Shown piece after piece: positions 18,699 to 27,489 of a DNA stretch of 64,000 nucleotides; position 1 is the first letter of the stretch, and the number at the start of each line of letters is the position of its first letter. The DNA lies in the IMG/VR virus record IMGVR_UViG_3300009408_000001, positions 96,001 to 160,000 of that record. The stretch is one strand, 5' to 3'. A program made the translations under genes and the position numbers. This stretch comes from a virus. The notes below the pieces were generated by a model. The model made no database searches. It was given only the letters and a program-made list of their open reading frames with translations, and was not told the DNA's origin.

Positions 18699-20849
18699 AT
18701 GATTTTATTTCTGGATGATTGGAAGAAGTACCCCGGTGCCATTGCTGATACAAAGACGACCAACCAGTCCTTCCTACGAATGGCCTCTGTTTACAGGGCG
18801 AGTGGGGTTAAGAATTATTACTGGCACCTAGCGTTATTTGACCGACGGTTACAAGGAATCGACCCACATGACCCTAACTTAACCCAAGAACAGATTGCAT
18901 GGATAGCTGTAGAATGTACAGTTAACCCTATTTACACCTTACGGGAAATGATTAGGGTACCCTCACATGGTTCTCCTATTCCTAAGAAGTTCATTGCCAA
19001 CAGGGGTAACCTTGCCGTAATTTGGGCTTACATGGTACACATTGACGTGTACAACATCCAACCCAGACAAACAGGGAAGTCTGCATCAATCGATTGCTGG
19101 TGGGTTGTACTGCTTATAACAAACGCATACAGCTTTAAGGTGCAGTTGTTTACTGAGAAGGAGAAACTGCGTAGGGAAAATGTAATCCGGCTCAAGGATA
19201 TACGAGATTTGTTACCTTCGTATATAAACGCAACGGAACCGGGTAAGGACATGGACAACCATGAGACCGTTACGCTGGTTGGTAGAAAGAATCGGTACAT
19301 TACTGCGATTGGTAATGCCAGTACTGCTAAGGCCCGTAGTTTGGGTCGTGGCATGTCCTCTGGTACTATCCAACCAGATGAGTTTGCGTACATCCCAAAT
19401 GTGCACATCTCTATGTCGGTTGCTAAAGGTTCCTCTACTGCTGCACGTGCTGATGCCAGGATGAACGGTTCTCCTTACGGAAACGTGTTTACAACAACGG
19501 CGGGTTTACCGGATACAGTGGAAGGGGCATACGCATACAAGGCAGTCATGAATGCCATGGTGTGGGATGAGAAACTCTTTGACTGCAATGACATTGATGA
19601 TTGTCAAGTGGTTGTTAAGAAACACAGTCGTTCACTGGGACCTTCATTGAACGTAACCATGTCACATACCCAACTGGGACTAAGTGACCAGTGGCTAGAG
19701 GACGCGATCGCTAATGCAGAGGGTGACCCTGCTACCATTAACCGAGATTTCTTTCAGATATGGCAACCAGGCAGTGGACATTCTCCACTCAGTAATGACG
19801 TACTCAAGGTCATTCGATCCGGTGTAAAGCAACCTTGTTTTACAGAACGTACTCGGGAACACTACTTTATCAAGTGGTACATTCAAGAGAGTGAAGTACT
19901 ACGGATTATGAACAGTACGAACACAGTAGCTACCCTTGATTCGGGGAATGCAGTTGGTCAAGATGCAAATGCCGTGGTTATAATGGATGTCCGTGACATG
20001 TCCATACTGGCTACCTGTGAAGTAACGGAAGCCAGCCTGCTACACTATGGCCAATGGTTAGGTAACCTAATGGTCCGTTTTCCTAAGATGACACTGGTGC
20101 CAGAGAACAAATCCTCTGGGCAAGCCATCATCGATATCGTATCTGCGGTATTGGAAACTGCCGGACAGGATCCATTCAAGCGGATCTTCAATAGGGTAGT
20201 AGAAGAACGTGGTGCAAACCCAAATGCGTTCGCTCTGTTAACCCAACACGGGAGAAACCGTGGTACTGAAGTTTATGATCGACTGAAGAAGAAAATGGGG
20301 TTCATGACAACCGCCAGTACTCGAGAGTTCCTTTACTCTACAGTACTGCACCGTGCAACCAAGTCGACAGGACATCGGGTTGTAGATGAGACACTCTCTA
20401 AGCAACTCGGTACGTTGGTATATAAGCATAGTCGTGTGGATCACCCACCCGGTGGACATGATGACATGGTGATTAGCTGGTTACTAGGACACTGGTTCGT
20501 TAACTATGCTACTGACTTACGTCACTATGGGATTGAACGTGGTGTTGTGTTATCCAAGGTGTCTGCTGAAGGAGCATTACTGTCACCGGAAGAACAGGCA
20601 AAGAAAGATGCACAACAATACTTACGAGCACACATTGAGGTTAAGAAGAAAGAACTGCGTAAGAAACTTACACCTACACAGTACGCTAGGGCCGAACGGG
20701 AGTTAGCGATCCTGACTGCCAAGACAGAACGTGATGGGGGAGAGGTTGTATCCATGGATGAGCTTCTCGTTGAAGTGAAGGAGCACACCCACAAACGGGC
20801 ATCCGTTAGAGATGCGTTAGCTAACCTGAGGCTGCGGAAAGCGGTATAG
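18699..20849 (+). CDS. terL: Terminase large subunit (phiKZ gp25-like)
   Basis: Walker A QPRQTGKS, Walker B IQPDE, TTT coupling motif, nuclease-domain TLDSG and GHDD. Confidence 0.92.
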   Translation: MILFLDDWKKYPGAIADTKTTNQSFLRMASVYRASGVKNYYWHLALFDRRLQGIDPHDPNLTQEQIAWIAVECTVNPIYTLREMIRVPSHGSPIPKKFIANRGNLAVIWAYMVHIDVYNIQPRQTGKSASIDCWWVVLLITNAYSFKVQLFTEKEKLRRENVIRLKDIRDLLPSYINATEPGKDMDNHETVTLVGRKNRYITAIGNASTAKARSLGRGMSSGTIQPDEFAYIPNVHISMSVAKGSSTAARADARMNGSPYGNVFTTTAGLPDTVEGAYAYKAVMNAMVWDEKLFDCNDIDDCQVVVKKHSRSLGPSLNVTMSHTQLGLSDQWLEDAIANAEGDPATINRDFFQIWQPGSGHSPLSNDVLKVIRSGVKQPCFTERTREHYFIKWYIQESEVLRIMNSTNTVATLDSGNAVGQDANAVVIMDVRDMSILATCEVTEASLLHYGQWLGNLMVRFPKMTLVPENKSSGQAIIDIVSAVLETAGQDPFKRIFNRVVEERGANPNAFALLTQHGRNRGTEVYDRLKKKMGFMTTASTREFLYSTVLHRATKSTGHRVVDETLSKQLGTLVYKHSRVDHPPGGHDDMVISWLLGHWFVNYATDLRHYGIERGVVLSKVSAEGALLSPEEQAKKDAQQYLRAHIEVKKKELRKKLTPTQYARAERELAILTAKTERDGGEVVSMDELLVEVKEHTHKRASVRDALANLRLRKAV

Positions 20850-20850
20850 T

Positions 20851-20883
20851 GATCGGACCCCACTGGGGTCCGATTCATTTATG
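20851..20883 (+). terminator. Hairpin after terL
   Basis: ATCGGACCCC-ACT-GGGGTCCGAT then TCATTTATG. Confidence 0.6.
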
Positions 20884-20926
20884 TTCTTACCTCAACAGGG
20901 AGTACTATACTCAACAGGAGTTAACA

Positions 20927-21187
20927 ATGTACGATACAATACCGGAACCACACAACGGCTCTAGACTGCTCACAATTAAGGAGTTAAACGACATGTACTT
21001 AGCTAGGTGCAGGGATATGTCGAACAACAGTATCCCAGAACGTCTTTTACACATAGCAGAAGCAGTACAGACCATAACGAAAGAAATGGCTTCTAGGAAC
21101 AATGTATCTGGGATGACTGCGGTTATGTCAAAGTGTAGCTATAACTTACATACAGAGAAACAGCATGAACATGGAAGACCCGACTAG
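20927..21187 (+). CDS. Hypothetical protein
   Basis: AGGAG RBS before ATG 20927. Confidence 0.65.
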   Translation: MYDTIPEPHNGSRLLTIKELNDMYLARCRDMSNNSIPERLLHIAEAVQTITKEMASRNNVSGMTAVMSKCSYNLHTEKQHEHGRPD

Positions 21188-21254
21188 TCGACAAGATTCC
21201 ATCGCCCTGCTATTTGATGACCTATATGTCAGAGTACGTGCAATTTAACGGACC

Positions 21255-22016
21255 ATGGCATCCCTAACACGAAATAACTATCGTTCCTATTCTGGAACGC
21301 ACAACGGAACATTACCTATGTGTGAACAAGCGTTTAAAGAAGTTGTTGAAGCAGTGTTGGAATTCTCAAAAGAGAATGAAGAGGTTCGACTTAAGGACCC
21401 AGTGTGTTGTGAACGTACCCCGGATTGGAACATGGCCGGTGCAAGAGAGACCTCTGAGTTCCTTGGAACACTTGGTTTGGAGTGGTACAGTCCTATCGAA
21501 GCTGATCTGATCGAGTCACAGTTGGAGATCATTGACGTTCTAATTTGCATGGTACATCGCATGATAGAACAAACCGAAGAGCCTGAAGATGTAGCGTCCG
21601 AGTTAAAGGACATGTGGCTTGAATGCAAGTCCCATAACCTCGAGTACATGTCCATGCGGGACATGGCACTGAGCCTCATGCGTTCATTTATTAATGTGAA
21701 AGCCATAATGGTGATTACATTACTGTTCTTGACGAACATCATGAAACGTCTAGAGATGGAACCCGCTATGATCAGTGGGTTACTGGTAGGTAAGCTTATC
21801 CTCATTCGGTTCAGACACGCCTACGGTTTCCGAGAGGGTGCGTATGACAAGAACTGGAACGGAGTATCGGACAGTAAGGTAGTGTACCAGTTTCTCATGG
21901 GGACCAACATGGACCCTACGCGTTTACGAGAGCACCTGGCTTCTGAGTACAGCAAGTACCTTAAAACCATTGTACCCAGGACTGACACATCGCCATGGCT
22001 CTGTTTAAGCAGATGA
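21255..22016 (+). CDS. All-alpha dimeric dUTPase-like NTP pyrophosphatase (divergent)
   Basis: ETSE...EIID acidic motifs and GKLILIRFRHAYGFREGAYDKNWNG resemble dimeric dUTPase C-terminal motifs. Confidence 0.7.
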   Translation: MASLTRNNYRSYSGTHNGTLPMCEQAFKEVVEAVLEFSKENEEVRLKDPVCCERTPDWNMAGARETSEFLGTLGLEWYSPIEADLIESQLEIIDVLICMVHRMIEQTEEPEDVASELKDMWLECKSHNLEYMSMRDMALSLMRSFINVKAIMVITLLFLTNIMKRLEMEPAMISGLLVGKLILIRFRHAYGFREGAYDKNWNGVSDSKVVYQFLMGTNMDPTRLREHLASEYSKYLKTIVPRTDTSPWLCLSR

Positions 22017-22142
22017 TGTAGGGTCTTAACTAGAGCTATCAATAGGAGAACACACGTAACTAAAGAATACGTTGAAGATCACGTAAAGGAAATACATAAA
22101 CGGGTATCCCCGTGTAATTTGACCTAATGACCGCATAAAGAA

Positions 22143-22170
22143 GAGGCCCTTAACGGGGCCTCTTCTTTTT
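22143..22170. terminator. Bidirectional terminator of the repeated GAGGCCC family
   Basis: GAGGCCCTTAACGGGGCCTC flanked by A-rich and T-rich runs. Confidence 0.85.
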
Positions 22171-23785
22171 ATGTATAATGCTTGTAGGTTAGAATGCGGA
22201 GTGCTAAATAGACCAGTACCGCTATACGCGCAGGAGCGGTCGTAGAGCTGGACTTGTGCGCAATAGGTGATCTACTTAGGATATGTTCCATTTCGTCCCT
22301 TACGTACAGGATATCGGCATTTGTAACCTGTGATGACCGGAACATGTTCCTTAAGTTAACGACCAGGTGGATCATGGTATCTCCTGTCTTACCATTCTCC
22401 CGGTAGTAGTCGGTTATGTAGAGGATCATTTTTTTTACCATCTGGTGGATATCAAAGTACTTTGTATCCTCGTGGTGTTCCGATATGAAAGCCAACAGGA
22501 CCTTAACGTGTTTCATCTGCACAGTAGGAACCATGGCTAATGTCTGATCTAACAGATCGTCCTTAACCAAGTCAATCGGGTCTGCAATCACCCGGTCCAT
22601 TAGACGTACCAGAGTGTCGCTGTCGTCGACGTACTCCCGAATGGTTATCTCACCCTCCCTAGACACATAAGAAGACTGTGACATGACCCTGGTCTCCTTC
22701 TTAAGGAGATCGTGGTACAGTATGTTGATCTTCACCACCAACTTACGAATTCGTGTCTGGGTATCTGCCACTGCGTACAGAATCCGATCATCCGGTGCAA
22801 AGTCCATGAACGCCTTGTGATGCACACACGCCTTAGAACTCATGACTTCTGCACGGTGGTTAATGACCCCGCCCCAGGTATGGTACTTCTTAAGCAAAGA
22901 CTTCTTACTCAATGATTCGTACAGGGCCATTGCTACACTCTCTTGTGCAGCGTACTTATACGAGCGAGACATAAGCGAAGATAGGAACTTGTTATGCATC
23001 ATCCTCCATACTGCCTGAGAGGCGTACTGCTTGTCTTTGTCAGACAACTTAGGGTTGGTTAGAAATCGGTGTGCCAAGTAGACGTACGACATGTTCAATG
23101 CGGAACCGGTTACTTCCCACCCTGGGTTTACTTCTCTTTGATCGTGGTAATCGTCTACCAGTGCGCTCCAGTCGTCTACCCCTAGTATTTCCTCGATCCA
23201 AAGACGATCGTCGATTGAGGGGGCGTAGCGGAACTTATAGACCCCTACCAAGTTAGACCCCAGGAACTTTATGTTATCTTCTGACTTTGTTTCGAAGGCA
23301 TACACGTGTTCCATTACTTTCTGTGCGAACTTTCGATCAAAGGTAATGTGTTTTAGGTAATCCGTAAATACGGCTTTGATTGATTTGAACCTGCCTTTGG
23401 GATCTCGTTTCCATTCGGATTTGTCCTCGCTAGCCAGTGCCCTGAATTCTTTCCAGGTCCGGCTGGGTTTGTCTTGTCGGAAAGCCTCCATCGCTACGGC
23501 CATTTGTTCACCGGCTTCGTCTACATCATCTTCCGTATCATAGTTTGCATCACGGCCAGTGGCCTCATGCCAGGATGAAATATACTGGGTTTTTTTTACG
23601 TAAGTAGCGTAGTTGATGGTTGCGGAGATGTCCGTTTCCCACACGAGGTCGTCTGTGTCCACGTCCAGGGTGTACAGCCACACTGCCTTGTCTTGGGATG
23701 GGTTTGTTCCAGCGCCGTCTCCTGCGCGTTCTATGGCCTCTCCGGGTTGACTATACACCACCGTCTCAGATGGGAAACGAGTCAT
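22169..23785 (-). CDS. Probable head protein with acidic propeptide (phiKZ gp32-like)
   Basis: Long ORF (start 23785 or 23818); acidic N-terminal region ending AVAME-AF. Confidence 0.55.
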   Translation of the reverse strand: MTRFPSETVVYSQPGEAIERAGDGAGTNPSQDKAVWLYTLDVDTDDLVWETDISATINYATYVKKTQYISSWHEATGRDANYDTEDDVDEAGEQMAVAMEAFRQDKPSRTWKEFRALASEDKSEWKRDPKGRFKSIKAVFTDYLKHITFDRKFAQKVMEHVYAFETKSEDNIKFLGSNLVGVYKFRYAPSIDDRLWIEEILGVDDWSALVDDYHDQREVNPGWEVTGSALNMSYVYLAHRFLTNPKLSDKDKQYASQAVWRMMHNKFLSSLMSRSYKYAAQESVAMALYESLSKKSLLKKYHTWGGVINHRAEVMSSKACVHHKAFMDFAPDDRILYAVADTQTRIRKLVVKINILYHDLLKKETRVMSQSSYVSREGEITIREYVDDSDTLVRLMDRVIADPIDLVKDDLLDQTLAMVPTVQMKHVKVLLAFISEHHEDTKYFDIHQMVKKMILYITDYYRENGKTGDTMIHLVVNLRNMFRSSQVTNADILYVRDEMEHILSRSPIAHKSSSTTAPARIAVLVYLALRILTYKHYT

Positions 23786-23853
23786 TGCTTCTTCTTTAAC
23801 TGCAACGTACATGTACATATGTGGGTTCCCTATGGTAAGTATAGGATCCGACG

Positions 23854-23923
23854 TATTTCAAAACAATATTACCTTACTGATAACACGTCCGTGTTATTTA
23901 TTCTAATTGGAGCTTTACTTATG
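23854..23923 (+). promoter_or_regulatory. Promoter-palindrome-RBS module
   Basis: TATTTCAAAACAATATTACCTTACTG, ATAACAC-GTCC-GTGTTAT (23880-23897), TTGGAG. Confidence 0.85.
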
Positions 23924-24742
23924 AACAAACCTGTCTTTTTCAATCGTAATGTTCCCCTTGATGAATTCAAGGATCTCTTCGAAACAAAACTGGTGCCGGT
24001 TGAACTGGGTCGACATTACCTGCGTCCACCACAGGCAACCATGACCTCCTCGTGGGTAGCCGGTACTGACGTAATTCGCCATGTCACTGTACCCGGGTAT
24101 GACCACGATTGGGCGATGGTGTACGGTAGCATTGTAACCGAGACAGTACACATTGTTCCCCTGATCCCTCACATGGACGGTGTTACCCAGAGTATCCTGT
24201 TACTATTGGTAGACCACCGAAATTGCACACTGGACCTTGTAGAGGTAGTTTACACCGAGGAGCCGATTCACACCCTAACCGGGGAGGACATCATAGCACG
24301 TGTATCTGCGTACCTTCAAGCCGAACGTGAGAATGTGCTTTTATTGGAACGCGTTGAAGCAGACGATGGGTTTACGAACTGGCCCGACCCCGATGTGTTC
24401 CAAATCGAAGGCGGTACCCTGAGCGGACTTGCACACGCCATTGAAAGGGGGGGTAACCCCATGCTAGCGAAACATGTCCGGGAAACCCTGGTCGGGATGC
24501 AGGGTGATGGGAATACCGACCCTACAACTATGACATGGGATGCCACGGAGTATTTACGGATGTGGGGTAGTCCTGCGTCCACGGTGGAAACGGGAGAACC
24601 CGAGGGTGAATCCCAGAGACATAGTTTGGACGATGAAGTGGAACCTAATAGCGTAACCTGGGCACTGGACGATGCCACTGTGTCGGCCATTGCAGCATTG
24701 CTGATTGAAGCCCACCTACCGGAGGACCAGGGCGATGACTGA
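23921..24742 (+). CDS. Acidic hypothetical protein, probably early
   Basis: ATG 23921 after the module RBS. Confidence 0.8.
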   Translation: MNKPVFFNRNVPLDEFKDLFETKLVPVELGRHYLRPPQATMTSSWVAGTDVIRHVTVPGYDHDWAMVYGSIVTETVHIVPLIPHMDGVTQSILLLLVDHRNCTLDLVEVVYTEEPIHTLTGEDIIARVSAYLQAERENVLLLERVEADDGFTNWPDPDVFQIEGGTLSGLAHAIERGGNPMLAKHVRETLVGMQGDGNTDPTTMTWDATEYLRMWGSPASTVETGEPEGESQRHSLDDEVEPNSVTWALDDATVSAIAALLIEAHLPEDQGDD

Positions 24743-25010
24743 GAAGTCGGGTAATAATGCGAGTCGTACCGAAAAGGGATTCGACATCGTAGTTGATGCA
24801 TTGTCTGACGTACCAGAGGTGTATGTACGCCATATGAACGAACATCTTTTAACAGATAAAGGAAAGAGTAATATGAAAAACAACGCCTACGGGAGTGGGG
24901 TTCTCCCCCGGACATGGGGGTCTAATAGATCCGTGGCAACCAGACCGAACAACCATAAGCAAGGGGGACCCGTACAGTCTCGTGGAAAGGGCAAAAGTAA
25001 GCGGTACTAA
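24735..25010 (+). CDS. Small hypothetical protein with basic C-terminus
   Basis: ATGACTGA overlap with the upstream stop; GGAGGA/AGGG upstream. Confidence 0.6.
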   Translation: MTEKSGNNASRTEKGFDIVVDALSDVPEVYVRHMNEHLLTDKGKSNMKNNAYGSGVLPRTWGSNRSVATRPNNHKQGGPVQSRGKGKSKRY

Positions 25011-25674
25011 CCCAAGGGGATTGACCTGTGTAAAAGCGATAAGTGTGAAACAGGTGGAGATGAACCCTTTAGAGACCCGTTCGATGAACGCATCAAACAC
25101 TATACCAGTGTATACGACATCGGGTCCTCACACCCCCTATACTTGAACAGCCCTTCTGAGTACACGGTTACACGTAAGACTTACCTTACTACCTTACCAG
25201 GTCCTCGTATGTCTAAAGGTAAAGGTAAGGTTAAACGGTACTGATATACCTTCACTTCTTTCACTTCTATTATTAATAAAGGAGGTACCTATAGTGTAGA
25301 CGTCATACGCACCTATCCTGTAAAAGGGATAGGGGTGGAGATGAACCCTTTAGAGACCCGAAGGGTCTAATAGATAAGTGAACGAAGTGAACTCCTTACT
25401 ACCTAACCATAACAGTTACTAGAGTAGTTAAGGTAATGACAATAGAGGACTAAAGGGTAGTACTGACTATACCCTATACATGAAGGTAACTATACACTAC
25501 CTTTAATGTAATGGTTACTACTTGACATACGGGATTAGACCTGATTAAGGATAAGGGATAGATAGACTTAACATAGATACATGATAGTAATACATGTAAG
25601 CTATGAGGTAATGAGATACACTGAAGTGATAAGGGTAAGTAATGATGCTTACTCTAAACTAGGGGAATGCGAAA
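25011..25674. other. Structured non-coding region (candidate origin or ncRNA)
   Basis: No credible ORF; 27-bp and 15-bp direct repeats; nested inverted repeats. Confidence 0.6.
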
Positions 25675-26154
25675 ATGAGTAATACAGTGGTTAAAGGGGT
25701 TGTACCACTTCTTAGCTTACATGACCCCATTCGTCCACCTGTAGAGGACTGTGACCTATACACCGGACCTAACGGAGACCAGATCATCGTAATGCCCGAT
25801 GGCAACCACCTGCTTATTCGGCATAGCGAACACTATACGCTGCCTTACGTCATTGACTTACCCCTTACCTTGGATATCCACGCTAGGTCGGATAAGTGGA
25901 GACGGGGGTGGGAAGACACTCACTTACAAGTTAGAGAACAGGTGTTGACTATAACGACATGGGGTTCCCATAGTAGTCGTCGAGTTTTAGTTAGGAACCG
26001 CCCCATCTTGGGAATGGTTCCTCTTTCTGGGAAACGCTTACCTAAACAACAAGTCTGTATGTTAAAGGATCGTTCCCTTATCCTTGTTAACCCAGAGACA
26101 GCGGAAATAACTGAGCTGTATACACAGAAACCTACCGGGCGTAAAGAGCAATGA
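25675..26154 (+). CDS. Hypothetical protein
   Basis: AGGGGA RBS; 159 aa. Confidence 0.7.
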   Translation: MSNTVVKGVVPLLSLHDPIRPPVEDCDLYTGPNGDQIIVMPDGNHLLIRHSEHYTLPYVIDLPLTLDIHARSDKWRRGWEDTHLQVREQVLTITTWGSHSSRRVLVRNRPILGMVPLSGKRLPKQQVCMLKDRSLILVNPETAEITELYTQKPTGRKEQ

Positions 26155-26348
26155 ATGCTGAAGGGGTACACATGTACCCCCTTGTGGGAGAACGCAGCTG
26201 TGAGGGCATTCTAGAGGGTACAGTACGTATAGAAAGGGACCTGCCACAGTACAACCAATACGATTTACTGGATAATGGTTCGAACGTAGGTGTCAACGTA
26301 TCCCGATATACGAACCAAAGTCAGTTACATATCCCAGTAACAGCATAA
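26151..26348 (+). CDS. Small hypothetical protein
   Basis: ATGA overlap; followed by a terminator. Confidence 0.6.
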   Translation: MNAEGVHMYPLVGERSCEGILEGTVRIERDLPQYNQYDLLDNGSNVGVNVSRYTNQSQLHIPVTA

Positions 26349-26352
26349 GCAG

Positions 26353-26454
26353 GAGGCCCCGTTAAGGGCCTTTTCTTTTTTCTTTGCCCTCACGCATATT
26401 TCAAAACCATATTACCTTACTGATAACACATCCGTGTTATTGATTCTAATTGGA
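26353..26454 (+). repeat. Terminator-promoter-palindrome module with inverted terminator and degenerate RBS
   Basis: GAGGCCCCGTTAAGGGCCTT, CATATTACCTTACTG, ATAACAC-ATCC-GTGTTAT (26423-26440), TTGGAT in place of TTGGAG. Confidence 0.85.
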
Positions 26455-26549
26455 TATCGAACACGTGTTCGATGATAGAGTGCACGGACTACTGAAGGAA
26501 GACCAGTCCATGGTATCTATTTACATCCAAGCCACCTGAGGATAAGTAA

Positions 26550-26726
26550 TTGTTCCTGTACATCCCTAAAAAGAAACCAGTTCCTAAACGTGGAGATATC
26601 ATCTCCACCCGGGGTAATGTAACCTACGTTCGTTTTAAGGTAGAACCCCGCCGGTTCATTAAGGGGTCTAGTGAAAAATGCGTCAGGGTTAACCCTGACA
26701 AGGACGATACCGATAAACCAACATAA
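26550..26726 (+). CDS. Small basic hypothetical protein (58 aa, TTG start)
   Basis: GAGGA 7 nt upstream of TTG; stop just before the terminator. Confidence 0.4.
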   Translation: MFLYIPKKKPVPKRGDIISTRGNVTYVRFKVEPRRFIKGSSEKCVRVNPDKDDTDKPT

Positions 26727-26730
26727 ATAG

Positions 26731-26820
26731 GAGGCCCTTCACGGGGCCTCTTTTTTATTTGCGTTCCAGCCATTATTAAGAACCACATTGTTATTTAATT
26801 CATTTGGAGATTTAAAGATG
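26731..26820 (+). repeat. Terminator-promoter-RBS module with a 22-bp internal deletion
   Basis: Same terminator 20-mer, CATTATTAAGAACCACATT joined directly to GTTATTTAATTCATTTGGAGATTTAAAGATG. Confidence 0.9.
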
Positions 26821-27480
26821 AATAACCGCTTAGAAACAAAAGTCTGTGTAGGCCCCTATCTAATATCCGTATCAAAGGGGACAGTATGCATAACTGCTAT
26901 GGATTCTGTACCCTCCGAAATGGGGAAACCCAAGTTTAAAGACGCAGTTGGAATTATCCCGGGTGCCGGAAGTCGTGTTTACATTGTGTGTTCCTCCGGA
27001 CGCAAGGAACTGGCCATTCGGGAATACAATGTGTATGGGAATGAGTCCGTCGATGTAGAACTAGCCATGGCGACTTGCACTCGTCTAGGTATGGAAGAAG
27101 CCGGACCTTACTCGTGTACCCGGGTACACGATGGGATTTTGTACCACAGTAGGGACATGTCCGAATCCCAGACAATGGTACCGGTACCCATTGGGGTCGG
27201 TTTAAAGGTGCGTGGTTTGATTGGTAACCTCTCCACCCCTACGGTGGTCATATTGGAAGATGGTACCGTTCTGTCGCTGACTGCCAATGGAAAACTAACG
27301 TTCTTATTTACAACGGTTAATCCGTACGAAGATGAACTTGCAGTACACCATTACAGTAAGCCCACGAACGATGGAGATCCTGGACAAATAGTACAGTGGT
27401 GGAAATCTTACCATGAACTAACGACACTGGCTTCAAAGTACTACGACAACATAGTCCCTTCCAAGAAAAACATAACCTAG
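26818..27480 (+). CDS. Hypothetical beta-rich protein
   Basis: ATG 26818 after the module RBS. Confidence 0.75.
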   Translation: MNNRLETKVCVGPYLISVSKGTVCITAMDSVPSEMGKPKFKDAVGIIPGAGSRVYIVCSSGRKELAIREYNVYGNESVDVELAMATCTRLGMEEAGPYSCTRVHDGILYHSRDMSESQTMVPVPIGVGLKVRGLIGNLSTPTVVILEDGTVLSLTANGKLTFLFTTVNPYEDELAVHHYSKPTNDGDPGQIVQWWKSYHELTTLASKYYDNIVPSKKNIT

Positions 27481-27489
27481 GAGAACAAC

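Noticed and set aside
23693-23920. Extended 5' frame of the 349-aa ORF
   Set aside because: It overlaps the opposite-strand gene and runs through the promoter module; ATG 23921 has the RBS.
24849-25146. ORFs 24849-25100 (-) and 24895-25146 (+)
   Set aside because: They overlap ORF 24735 and the repeat region, lack a clear RBS and look like random sequence.
25053-25360. CRISPR mini-array from the 27-bp direct repeat
   Set aside because: Only two copies separated by 254 bp, far longer than a spacer, and no cas genes.
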